Shown here piece by piece: positions 45,170 to 59,391 of a stretch of DNA of 64,000 nucleotides. Position numbers and translations under genes: made by a program. The notes beneath the pieces were generated by a model, which was not told where the DNA came from, did no database searches, and saw only the letters and a list, made by a program, of their open reading frames with translations. Position 1 is the stretch's first letter; each line of letters starts with the position of its first letter. Source of the stretch: Eledone cirrhosa (taxonomy: Eukaryota); assembly GCA_964016885.1 (NCBI GenBank), contig OZ024760.1, forward strand, positions 13,020,001 through 13,084,000. The letters are read 5' to 3'.

Positions 45170-46096
45170 ATGAGTTTTCGGTTCAGGTACATTTATATTA
45201 TACCAACCGCAATTATCTTCTGTATAGTGTTGGGTGTATTGTCCCATGTTAGCCTAGTACGGCCGAAGGTGAGGATGCTACCCACTTACATGAACCAGAA
45301 ACTTATGGACTGCGATGCAAAAAAGCGGCTACCCAGCTGTATTATCATAGGTACTCCGAAATCGGGTACGAAGGCCTTAATTGAATTTATTGGAGTACAT
45401 CCTTCCGTTGCTATTGCAGAAGGCGAACCGAAATTCTTCAATAGGGACGATAATTTTCAGAAAGGAATGAAGTTCTATTTGGATAAAATGCCTTTGTCTT
45501 GCCCGGATCAGATTACCCTGGAAAAATCCCCGGAATACTTTTACAGTGAAAAAGCACCGGGACGGATATTTAGTATGAACAGAACCATCAAGTTGATTCT
45601 GATAGTGAAAAATCCCGTGGACCGTTCCATTTCGGACTATATACACCGACGAACCCATAATAGCGCAAAAGAAATAGCACATAGCTTTGAAGAACTGGTC
45701 TACAACAGCAAGACCAAAAAACTGAACACAGGGTATTACCCCATTGCCAAGTCGGTCTATTTCCACTATCTCTTTCGATGGTTGCGATATTTCCCGCTTG
45801 GGCAGATTCACGTGGCCGATGGTAGCAAATTGATTGTAGATCCTCAAGAAGAACTACTCAAAGTACAAGACTTTCTCGGTCTAACGAGGCTGATTTCTAA
45901 AGATAACTTCATATATAATAGCACCAGGGGCTTCTACTGCATGTTAATAAATTCTGAATCGCGGTGTTTGCCGCCAAATAAGGGGCACCGAAACGTTAGC
46001 ACAAATAAGGTAGTATTAAAACAAATGGTGAAATATTTTAAACCACATAACCAGATTTTCTTCCACCTCATAAACAAAAATCTTTCTTGGACATAA
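45170..46096 (+). CDS. HS3ST: Heparan sulfate glucosamine 3-O-sulfotransferase (HS3ST1/5-like), single coding exon
   Basis: 308-aa ORF. N-terminal hydrophobic anchor (IIPTAIIFCIVLGVL), KRLPSCIIIGTPKSGTKAL (5'-PSB loop), EKSPEYF, KNPVDRSISDY (3'-PB), WLRYFPLGQIHVADG, YNSTRGFYC...CLPPNKG. Family level only; orthologue not resolved. Confidence 0.93.
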   Translation: MSFRFRYIYIIPTAIIFCIVLGVLSHVSLVRPKVRMLPTYMNQKLMDCDAKKRLPSCIIIGTPKSGTKALIEFIGVHPSVAIAEGEPKFFNRDDNFQKGMKFYLDKMPLSCPDQITLEKSPEYFYSEKAPGRIFSMNRTIKLILIVKNPVDRSISDYIHRRTHNSAKEIAHSFEELVYNSKTKKLNTGYYPIAKSVYFHYLFRWLRYFPLGQIHVADGSKLIVDPQEELLKVQDFLGLTRLISKDNFIYNSTRGFYCMLINSESRCLPPNKGHRNVSTNKVVLKQMVKYFKPHNQIFFHLINKNLSWT

Positions 46097-46195
46097 AACA
46101 AAATGAAACAAAAAAAGCAGTAAAAGCAAAAATATAAACAAATAAAGTAAAACAACAACAGTAGCAACAACAACAGCAGCAACAACAACATCATC

Positions 46196-46226
<31 letters not shown>

Positions 46227-47281
46227 ACAGCAGCAGCTGTTGTTGCTGCTTTAATTTATTTTTATGTGTGTGTTGTCTTGATAGCAGAATAGAACCTGCT
46301 GGTGATTGGATAAAGTGTTATGTAAGGTCACGTGACATCAGTTGATGAATGTATTTTGTTTTGTTTCTGAAGAAGGCCGCTTAAGTCAATATATTTGCTC
46401 AGCTTACCTAGGTAGCTAGCTAGATAGATGGACAGATAGGTAGATAGGTAGGTAGATAGATATGTTTCTTTATTTGCCACAGGGGCACAAAAGAAGGGGA
46501 CAAATACAAAGGGGGAAGTTTACATACAATAAAAACTTGTAAAATACTATCACAAATGCAATTTAAAAATTAATCGATGGATGATAGATAGATAGATAGA
46601 AATAAGTGGCCTCTGGGCCACATTTCTCCTATTCACTGTATCGGAGCCGAGTTGGCTACCGACAGGTGGTGCCAGCTCTGCGAGGTGGATTGGCTGTTCC
46701 AACGCATCACCCCCACCATACTCCATTGATATAGGGATAGGATTTTCCAAGTATCCTCCATTTAATGGAGAACGATGTGCAAGAGTGTGGGGAGGAGGGG
46801 GGACAGAGACAGAGATTAAATGTCAACTACATCAATGAACCTAGTCTAGGAGATACCTATAATCAGCCACATCAACCACTTCAATTTCAGTGAGGATCAT
46901 ACAAAACAGGGTCTTTTCTTCAGACCGAAACCATAAAATTAGAAAAGAGTGGTTTCCCTTCCCTACAAAATGATAAGGAGGGTCTAATTCTGCGAACGAC
47001 CACTAGGTGTCGTTTACGACGTCAAATAAATAAAACTATTTTGTTTTCACCATATTCATATGATGTTTATTTGTTTGGGGTTTTTTTTGTATGAAATTTA
47101 TCATTATTAATTTTTGGAAAAATCGGGTGAGCTTCGGACACAATGCTTTGTCACATTTGTCACATATATAAACTATTTTATTATTGTCATATTTGTTTTG
47201 ATATATTTTTTGTTTATACCATTTATAGGAATATTTGGTTTTTTATTTCTATTTTATATAATATATATATATATATCATAC

Positions 47282-47320
<39 letters not shown>

Positions 47321-47555
47321 TTTGTTTTGTTTTCTTGATTTTTTTCCCTAAAACCTAATGTGCGAATGGCTTCAACTTCTACGTTAATTGACTGGCTTAA
47401 ACACCACGTGATGCTTCAGCAGATATAACAAACGTTCAGAAAACGTTACTTTACTAATTTCTTCGTTTTAATTTTCATTTAATGCATCTGTAAAATTATG
47501 GCCCTATTTACAGCCACGAAACCGTTTGATAATGCAAATATATTTAATAAAATTA

Positions 47556-47735
47556 GTTACTGAGGAGGACACAGAATGTCTGACGAAAGAGCTTTGACAA
47601 TAAATAAATTAAACAACCATCCGGTTATTAAAATAACCAAATGGAAGTGTATAATAAATTGGAATGAAACCCAAATGTTGAGCATGATTAGTGTGATTTT
47701 ATTGGCAGTATGACCCTCCTATAGTATAACAATTC
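47556..47735 (+). mobile_element. PLE-like 3' fragment, family C, HHR at 47556-47598
   Basis: gtta-CTGAGGA-ggacacagaatgtctgac-GAAAGAGCTT-tgac; homologous to 59203-59390(-) and 39015-39170(-). Confidence 0.6.
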
Positions 47736-47740
47736 ACACG

Positions 47741-47777
<37 letters not shown>

Positions 47778-47787
47778 TATATATATA

Positions 47788-47872
47788 TTTATTAAAATAA
47801 CAGATTAAAGTTTAAGCAAAGAATCGCTGCTTTCACCCTTAAAGATCCCGAATCTGTTATTTTAATAAATTA
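47788..47872. mobile_element. Family F inverted-arm insert (other copies 49190-49262, 49416-49481, 56190-56352, 63367-63541)
   Basis: Shared ttattaaaataacagattaaagtttaagcaaagaatcgctgctttcaccc in both orientations, always adjacent to (TA)n. Confidence 0.65.
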
Positions 47873-47926
47873 ATATATATAATATATATATATATGTATA
47901 ATATATATATATTATATATATATATA

Positions 47927-48241
47927 TGAAAAGTAAATATGTTTTAGAAACAGCGAGCGAGTTTGGAAATAGAAATAGAATCTTTCGCCGTATTTTTGAC
48001 TACAGAAATTTTAACTTGATAGTAGGGTGTAGAAGCCTCTAAGAAATGGTAAAAGATGAGTATTGACGTTGATTAAAGCAATTCTAGCCTGATAGTGGGG
48101 TTTAAAGGCCTCTAAGAAATGGAAGATGAGTATTGACGTACATGTACGTCAATACTCATCTTTTTCCATTTCTTAGAGGGCTTTAAACCCCACTACCAGG
48201 CTAAAATTGTTTTAGTCAAAAATACGGCGAAAGATCTATTT
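47927..48241 (-). mobile_element. Fold-back insert, family D, with internal ~70-bp duplication
   Basis: Centre gacgtacatgtacgtc at ~48135-48150. Confidence 0.6.
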
Positions 48242-48269
48242 TGTACTCGCCTCTACCACACTAATTCGG

Positions 48270-48325
48270 ACTGCCTGAAGAGGTCACAGCCAAAGATGGC
48301 TGTCACCGAAATATATATAAGCAGT
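48270..48325 (+). ncRNA. Type I hammerhead ribozyme
   Basis: actgc-CTGAAGA-GGTcACAGCCA aaga TGGCTGTcACC-GAA-ATATATAT-A-a-gcagt, then AATAAA; one extra A at the cleavage junction. Confidence 0.7.
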
Positions 48326-48473
48326 AATAAACGAAGCCAAATTTTAAACATTTGACTTATTTATTTCATTTTATTTTACATTACTCCGGAGTAACCCAAC
48401 CCAACCTGCGCACCTCGTCGAGTGCTCCAATCTGCATACTGAGGTGTTGGTATACAACCAACATATACTCAAA

Positions 48474-48528
<55 letters not shown>

Positions 48529-48595
48529 CGATGTTTAGGTTCACTTCAGTTTAGAGGTGTAGAGCTAGTCAGAGTGTATTATATTGAGATAGAAA

Positions 48596-48780
48596 GGCCG
48601 GTCAGTTGGCAGTATCGGTAGTGTGTCGGACATGCTTTCCAGCATAGTTACGTCCCTTTACGATCTGATTTCAAATCCCGCCGAGGTTAACTTTGCCTTT
48701 CATCCTTACGGGGTCGATAAAATAAAGTACCAGTAATGTACTGGAATAATTGCTGGCCTTGTGCCAAAAGTAGAAACAAT
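48596..48780 (+). mobile_element. SINE copy
   Basis: TSD attatattgagatagaa; inserted at the end of the family E element. Confidence 0.85.
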
Positions 48781-48781
48781 T

Positions 48782-49004
48782 ATATTGAGATAGAATAACA
48801 AGGACGATTGGTTACTCCTTCATTACATTAATGAATCCGCTGTTCGTCAGACCCCTTATAGTGGGGTCTGACTAGCTGCGGATTACACAGTCGGGCTAGA
48901 TCGATACAGATCGAACCTTGAGCTGATCAGTGGCGAAACGCGCATCACCAACTAATAAACGTAATGAAGGAGTAACCAACCGTCCTTGTTATTCTATCTC
49001 AATA
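48782..49004 (+). mobile_element. Inverted-arm insert, family E (also 7108-7206, -)
   Basis: Arms 48782-48826 / 48960-49004; tggcGAAACGCGCATC-accaactAATAAA resembles an HHR 3' half; internal hairpin gtcagacccc/ggggtctgac. Confidence 0.55.
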
Positions 49005-49109
49005 TATATATATTATTCTTGTAGTATTGAAACTGCAGTAAGGATAACTTTTTTATCTTTAGGAAAAGTTGCTTCTACAGTAATCTACTCCTCAGTATAA
49101 GATATTCTA

Positions 49110-49186
<77 letters not shown>

Positions 49187-49373
49187 TTATTTATTAAAAT
49201 AACAGATTAAAGTTTAAGCAAAGAATCGATGCTTTCACCCTGAACGGGATCTTATTATTACTATAATCCCACCGAGGGTAGCTTTGCCTTTCATCCTTAC
49301 GGGGTCGATAAAATAAAGTACCAGTAATGCACTGGGTAATTGCTAGCCTTGTGCCTAAAGTAGAAACAATTAT

Positions 49374-49419
<46 letters not shown>

Positions 49420-51224
49420 ATAATAAGATCCCGTTAAGGGTGAAAGCAGCGATTCTTTGCTTAAACTTTAATCTGTTATTTATATATAATATTATTCAAA
49501 ATATTAACAAATGAAAAAATTAAAAACTTGAATAATATTAAAACTTGAATAATATTAAAAATTCCAGGAAAACTTTTCTGTTGAGTCTTTCTAATCTATT
49601 GTAAATTTGTTGAATACTCATTCAACGAACCATACTAATCTTTGGTTATATATATATATATATATATATAAGAATAACATTAAGAAAGATGCTTTGATTA
49701 CATAATGTTATTCTTATACTGAATCTCCATGATAACTACACACTGCGAATGTAGAGAGCTTTCTCCTGCTTACTCCTGTTTTTTTGTTTGTTATTTTTTT
49801 ACCAAAACAACTTTTTTACTGAATATATCTCTCTATATATAAATATTTATAAATATTTATGTATGTATATTAATGTATTTATTGTTTCATATATTCTCGT
49901 TATAACCCCAACACCACCACTACCACAAACGACGACGACCACCACCACCACCACCACTGCCGCACCCTTGGACAACATCGGTGACGTAGAGAGGGGGAAA
50001 CCAGTATGCATGGATGACTACTGCTCTTCCACAAACAACCTTGCCCAGATTTGGGCCTCGGAGGAGAACTTTGTAGGTGCAAATCCCATGGTCGTTTGTG
50101 AACTTTTAAAGCTGGCCCTCGTAAAACCGAATGTTCCAATGAAACCTTAAATTGCAATAAATTGTACAATAAATCTTATCTAAATAGAGACACATTACCA
50201 GGGTTTAGAATGGACTTCCCTAAAGACACACAAGTACTATATCTAACAGGGACAAATAACGGAAGGGGATCGGGGGTTCTGGACCGAATGCATGCAATGA
50301 AATTACTTCCCTAAAACACACACAAGTACAAGATGGTGATTTTTAAACAATGTTTTTGTTTTAAAGAGCCTTGGTGTGACATCATAACTCTAATTACTTA
50401 ACACTGCTTGTTTCAAAACTTCATGCAATAGATTTTATAACTTTATTCTGTAATTCGGCTGTGTAATTTATGCTTTCATCAGGATTCATTTGTTGTATTT
50501 TTAAAAATATTTAATAATAAATTAATTTTATTATGAAAATAAAATAAAAAAGATATAATTTAAAACAAATTAAAATTGTATTTGTTTTAGTATTTTTCTC
50601 TCACTACACACACACACACATATTTATATATATATATATACACACACACATGTACGCCAAATTTTTATTGGCTCAATGTCCAACTTTGGTTTTATTAGAT
50701 GTAATACATACACTCTCTCTTTCGCTTTTCGCTTCTCCCTCACAAATTCTCTCTATCTCTCTCCTTCTCTCTCTCAAATTGTCTATCTCTCTCAAGCCTT
50801 CTCTGCCTCTCCTTCAAATTCTTCCCCTCTCTCTCGCCCTCTCTCTTCTATCTCACCACTAAGCCACTACGCCTAGTAAACTTTATGGAATGGTATTTAG
50901 AGCTAATGTCTTTAAGTGAATCATCAGAGAGCTCCGTTGGTGGCAGCAACATAACAATTCAGTTCTCTTGTCCAGGGAGGGTAACAGTAACTTGTTGAGT
51001 GCAATATGTGTAGTTAATCGTTCTGACTAAAACGACATTTACGTTCTCCTGGTGAGCGGAAGCAGGGAGGGTTTGCCGACAGAGCCACGGAGTCTGCAGA
51101 TGATGAAGGGCAGAGGAGGAGAGATATTACTGTCCCTGTCTCTGGGTGTTTTCATGATGTTTAAAACTCTCTCTTGTGTGAGTGTATATATGTATATACA
51201 TGTGTGTGTAAATGTATGTGTATG

Positions 51225-51267
<43 letters not shown>

Positions 51268-51849
51268 TGAATTATACACCACTCCTAAGGTAGACTGATT
51301 AGAGAGAATGGAAAGAGATGTTGGTCATGGTTGGCTTGTCTTTGATCATATTTATACTCTACTGGAACCATGATGTGTATACTCTACTACGTGGTAGGTC
51401 TAACGGTAGAAATTTGATATAAAACTAACTAAAAGACAGCCATTGCTACCAACCGATCTTCTCATGTCTTTTAACATGGCGGATTGGTCGTCTGGTATCT
51501 TTTAACATGGATTTAACATCAAATGTTATGGCAAAATGGGAAGATTCTGACAAAAAACGTTTGTTTTGGAAGAAATAAAAAAAAAGTTTCTAATGTATTT
51601 ATTTGTTTATTGATTTTGTTTTGTTTTTTCTTGTTTTTTTTTTCAATTTATTTTAATAACACCCCCCCCCCCCCCCGGCCTTCGTCTCTTTTGTTTGTTT
51701 GCTTGTTTTTTTGTTTATCTTTCATCCCATACATCGTGAAATGAAAGGGTAAGATGATATAAGTTGTGTGGTTTGTGAAAAAGGCTGTGTTTCGGCTTTA
51801 TCAAGTGAAAACAGGACGCTACTAGCAACTACTCACCACACACACATCA

Positions 51850-53656
<1,807 letters not shown>

Positions 53657-55911
53657 GCGTTAATGAGGCGAAATTATTCGTACACACACACCTATGTATT
53701 AATGAAGCAAACATTCACACGGACACGCACATATATACACATATATATATATATGTGTATTAATGAAGTGAAATTATTCTTGCACACACACACACACACA
53801 CACATAAATGCATACATTAATCAGGCGAATTATTCGTACACACTCACACACACACACTTACTTATGTATTAATGATGCAAAAATATGCACAAACACACTC
53901 GCACACATACACACACACTCACATATATACACACACACTCACACATACACACATACATACACAAACATACACACACACATACACACCCATACACATTCAC
54001 ACACACATACACACACACACGTACATACACACACACACGTATGTCTGTTTTATTCATTTAAGTTGAATGCCAGTGAAACCGTTAAAATGTGTCCAACCAT
54101 TAAAATAGAGCCCTTAAAATGTCATGTCAAGATCACACGATAGCCAGATGACATTTTATGACAAAAAGGACTCCATTTTTGTTGTTGTTGTTATTGTTGT
54201 TGTTGTTGTTTTTGTCAGTCAATAAAGACCTGGCAGTGTTAACATTTTATATGTCGGCTCTGTTTGTTCAGTAATTCTAATAAATTAGTTATCCTTTAAC
54301 ATATATGGATGTAATTCCCGAGATAAGAAGTTCTGTGACGACATTTCAGGAAGATTTATAAAGGCGTTTCTTCCCACACATTTCTCTTTTGCGTTTCGTC
54401 CTTTTGGGGTCGTTGAAATGACAAAAAAATTAACTAAAACAAAAAAAGCCAGTCGATATAACGAGTACTAAGGAGGAGGAGGAGAAGGAAGAGGAGAGAA
54501 GGGGAGGAGGAAGGAAGGAAGAGGGGGGAAGGGCAGAGGGGGTGGAGAACCCAGTCCTCATTCTCTTATTCAGCAGGGTAGAACTCATCAAATTGAACCA
54601 AGGAAACAATGTTTCCATTGGTCTTTCCATTGCTGATACTATCTAACAGTTGCAACTCCTGGCAGAAAGAACAGCTTGAAAAATAAAGTGTCTTGCTCAA
54701 GGACATAACGCATCAATCGGTCCGGCAATCGAGAATCCGGTTCTCTAACCAATAAGCCAAAGAATGAGATGCTAAGATTTTATAAACTTCAGGGTTGGCT
54801 GAAAAGTTCATTGGCTGACCAAGATACTCTCAGGGAATGACCAAATGAGGTTTATTTTGCAATATAGTCTCTGTAAAGAAACAAAGCAGTTATTGATAAG
54901 AATAATTGAAATTAATACATGTAAGACTTCACAGCTTTAGCATCACTTCATATAGAAGGCAGTGCCCCAGCATTGTCACACTCCAATAACTGAAAGCAAT
55001 CTAAGTGCTGGTCTGAAAGGATGTCTACATATTTTGCAAACAGTGTCATGCCTGATAATTAGTTATTAAATATCTTACATTTATTTATATCCTGATAAAC
55101 TCGTGCCATATTCCTTCTCATTATATCTGAAGCTGAATCCATAAGAAAGAGAAAATATCACTTAAAAGAAACCTTATTTATTCAGATCTAAATTTGTTGG
55201 GGTTTTTTTAGAGGGTGAGGGGTAACTGAAGCTGGGAAAATATCTCTTAAAAGAGGCCTTATTAGTTCAGATCTAAATTTGAGAGATAGGGGGGGGGGGG
55301 GTAGAATGAGAGAGAGAGAGGGGGGGAGGGAGAGAAAGAGGGAGAGAGAGAGGGGGAGGGAGAGAGAAGGAGTTAAATTCCTCATAGCGACTGATGGTGA
55401 CCCTAACCTTAACCCCATTTCATATTTCATATATCATCTCTGTGCATGAGCACAAAGTCATTTCCATTAACCCTTACACTACATCATCACCGGACAACAG
55501 TAACAGCAACAACAACAGTAACAACAACAGTAACACCAACAACAACAACAACAACAACAACAGTAACAACAACAGTAACAACAACAACAACAACAACAAC
55601 AGTAACAACAACAACAACAACAGCCACAACAGTGTAGAAATCCCATGTTGAACTCTAGTAAAGTGTTGCATGTGTTGTCAATGTAAACCAGTGCACATAT
55701 GTAACTCTATAAACAGGAACATGGATGACAAAGTTGTTGTTTCTTTAGCCGTAGTTTCTAATGTAGGCGTCAGTCAGTGACATTTCATTAAATCTACTCT
55801 GCATCCGTTGGATGGATGGAGAGAGAGAGAGGGGGGATGGTAAAGATTTATATACTACTACTGCTGTTTCTGCTCTTGTTACTACTACTATTGCTACTAC
55901 TACAGCTAATA

Positions 55912-55962
<51 letters not shown>

Positions 55963-55964
<2 letters not shown>

Positions 55965-56163
55965 CGAAGGAAATGTGGTAAGGAACCAGGTGGACCATAA
56001 CGCACCAAAGTACTCAATACTTAGGGTAGTAGAGTGGGTAATAGGAACGAGTAGGACCCCGACGGCTGAGCTCAAGCCGTTTCGACGGCTAATTCTGGAC
56101 AATTCAGTCCAGAATTAGCCGTCGAAACGGCTTGAGCTCAGCCGTCGGGGTCCTACTCGTTCC

Positions 56164-56166
<3 letters not shown>
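55963..56166 (-). mobile_element. Fold-back insert, family B
   Basis: Perfect 60-bp arms 56041-56100/56107-56166; long arm continues to (TA)n at 55963. Confidence 0.75.
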
Positions 56167-56189
<23 letters not shown>

Positions 56190-56194
<5 letters not shown>

Positions 56195-56352
56195 ATAATA
56201 ATAAATTTGAAGACTAAAATCCAAAGAGGGCTCGATAAGGATAAATATTTATCAAATATATAAGAACCGTAGAGCAAATATTTATTAAAATAACAGATTA
56301 AAGTTTAAGCAAAAGCAGCGATTCTTTGCTTAAACTTTAATGTTATTTTAAT
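56190..56352 (-). mobile_element. Family F insert with fold-back end
   Basis: Near-identical to 63367-63541. Confidence 0.6.
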
Positions 56353-56475
56353 TTTAAAAAAATATATATATAGAGAGAGAGAGAGAGAAAAGATGAAGTT
56401 GGAAATAGCACGGGAGATATATTTAAGGGTCTGTTTTTCTTTTTTGATTCGTCAAAGTGACATTATTGAAAAGAT

Positions 56476-56665
56476 AGGCGGTGGATTGGCAGTATTGGTA
56501 GAGGGTCGGACGCCATGCTTTGACGCATAGAGTTACGGCCCTTGCCATTCTGAGTTCAAATCCCGCCGAGGTTAACTTTGCCTTTCATCCTTACGGGGTC
56601 GATAAAATAAAGTACCAGTAATACACTGGGTAATTGCTGGCCTTGTGCCTAACGTAGAAACAATT
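56476..56665 (+). mobile_element. SINE copy
   Basis: TSD attattgaaaaga. Confidence 0.85.
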
Positions 56666-56811
56666 ATTGAAAAGACAGTGTTATTGAAAAAAAGAGGGGG
56701 ACAATTGTTTTTTAAAAAAAATTTTTTATGAAGTATATAAAGTATACGAGAGAATTACCGGTATCGATGTATTAAAATCCATCTTGTTAAATATAGTGTA
56801 AAAAGTTGATT

Positions 56812-57057
56812 AAAAAGAGTTGATAGGAGTAAAAAAAGAAAGGTTTAAAATTAAAATCAAAATTGAATGTTTGAGTAATTTTTCTTCCATCTTGCTTCTT
56901 GAAAAGTTGTTTAGAAATGAGAACAAGCTGCTTACTTGTAAGGGAGGAACTGTTCCATACAACTTTTCAAGAAGCAAGATGGAAGAAAAATTACTCAAAC
57001 ATTCAATTTTGATTTTAATTTTAAACCTTTCTTTTTTTACTCCTATCAACTCTTTTT
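56812..57057. repeat. Perfect ~98-bp inverted repeat with ~50-bp spacer
   Basis: Arms ~56812-56909 and ~56960-57057. Confidence 0.85.
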
Positions 57058-57532
57058 TCGATCAATTCGATACTCGAGTGTCATTGGAAGGGGATTTGGG
57101 TGCTATTTTCAGCAGAGCAATCCACCGTGTAGACAGAAGCTCCTTCATCCTCTTTGAACTAAAACTGTGGGAGGGTGGGTGAAAGGGTTAAGTAACTATT
57201 GGGTGATGTTTGTTGATAACCTTTCAGGCGAACACATTCCACAGATCTGTCGCCATCTTGCGTAATTAAGTAAATATACAAATATATACACACACGTACA
57301 CGTATATATGAGTTGTAAATGTATGTGTATCTGCGAGTGAGAGAGTATCTTTGGATTATATGTGTGTTATATATATATATATATATATATATATTTAGGG
57401 GTTGTAAGAGAGAGACGGGGAACAGGAAGTAGAGAGAGGGAGAGAGAGAGAGAGCTTTGAGGCATTTGGATATAAACAATATAAGAGACTGACCCCTAAA
57501 GTGATATTGAGAAGTTTAAGGTAACCTGGCGA

Positions 57533-58165
57533 GCACTACCACCACCACCACCACCACCACCACCTTCAACCGCGACCACCCTTATCCCAACGTCACCACC
57601 ACCACCACCGTCACCACCATAACCGTCACCACTGCCACCACCACCACCACCATCACCACCACCATTACCACCGCCCTTATCCCAACGTCACCACCACCAC
57701 CACCACCACCGTCACCACCACCACCACCACTGTCACCATAACCGTCACCACTGCCACCACCACCACCACCACCACCACCATTACCACCGCCCTTATCCCA
57801 ACGTCACCACCACCACCACCACCACCACTGTCACCACCACCATAACCGTCACCACTGCCACCACCACCACCACTGTCACCACCACCATAACCGTCACCAC
57901 CGCCACCACCACCACCACTGTCACCACCACCATAACCGTCACCACCGCCACCACCACCACCACTGTCACCATAACCGTCACCACTGCCACCACCACCACC
58001 ACCACCACCACCACCATTACCACCGCCCTTATCCCAACGTCACCACCACCACCACCACTGTCACCACCACCATAACCGTCACCACTGCCACCACCACCAC
58101 CACTGTCACCACCACCATAACCGTCACCACTGCCACCACCACCACCACCGCCCTTATCCCAACAT
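57533..58165. repeat. (CAC)n-based minisatellite
   Basis: Recurring cgcccttatcccaacgtcacc and cataaccgtcacc spacers. Confidence 0.85.
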
Positions 58166-58289
58166 ATTGTTCAACATTAAATCAACATTTTGTTCTTATA
58201 TATTATGTATACTGCAGTCCTACAAACTGTAGAGTGCTTCTTATCCGATATCTGCATTGCTTTATTGTACTACAATAAAACTCACCTCC

Positions 58290-58327
<38 letters not shown>

Positions 58328-58513
58328 CATTGACATACATATATATATATATACACACATACATATACACACACATATATATATATATGTGTATATATAT
58401 ATATACACATATATGCATACATATATATACATACACATATATGCATACATATATATATACATACACATACATACATATATATACATAGCTTTATTATTGA
58501 TTATTTTTAGTTA

Positions 58514-58557
<44 letters not shown>

Positions 58558-59101
58558 TATTTCACATATAATTATGCAAACATACATCAACACACACACA
58601 CACACACACACAGAGAGACACACAGACAGAGCAATTTTCGGTAATATTATATTATGTTGGAGTCAGTGAAATTTACACGATTCCTTAATTAGTGTCATTA
58701 ATTGGCAGAATTACACCTAAATTAGTGGAGAACAAATCTACAACAGAAGACGACGACATTGAGGGGACATTATTAAAGGTTGGTGGTTTGTCATCAGTTG
58801 AGTACATTTATGGTGTGGTGGGAGAGGAGGGAGTGGTCTGTGTGGTGGGAGAGGAGGGAGTGGTCTGTGTGGTGGGAGAGGTGGGAGTGGTATGTGTGGT
58901 GGGAGAGGTGGGAGTGGTCTGTGCGGTGGGAGAGGTGGGGGAGGAGGAAGTGGTATGTGTGGTGGGAGAGGTGGGGGAGAAGGAAGTGGTCTGTGTGGTG
59001 GGAGAGGATGGAATTGTTAGTATATATGAGTATATATATATATATATACTCATATATACTAACAATTCCATCCTCTCCCACCACACAGACCACTCCGTCC
59101 T

Positions 59102-59136
<35 letters not shown>

Positions 59137-59137
<1 letters not shown>

Positions 59138-59187
59138 GAGCCGTCGAAACGGCTTGAGCTCTGCCGTCGGGGTCATACTTTTTCCTA
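59137..59187 (+). mobile_element. Family B short-arm fragment between (TA)n tracts
   Basis: agccgtcgaaacggcttgagctctgccgtcggggtc...ttcctat. Confidence 0.65.
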
Positions 59188-59202
59188 TATATATATATAT
59201 GT

Positions 59203-59391
59203 ATAAACATTGTTATACTTTGGGAGGGTCAACGTACTTGTTGATTTTAACTTCAATTTATTATAAATTTCTGGTTGGTTGGATAACCGGAAGGTTGTTT
59301 ATATATCGTCAAAGCTCTTTCATCACACATTCTGTGACCTCCTCGGTGACTAGGTTTTATTTTGTGTGTCCCTCCTGTGTTCTGTCCTACA

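Noticed and set aside
45377-45847. 156-aa antisense ORF
   Set aside because: Shadow of the HS3ST CDS.
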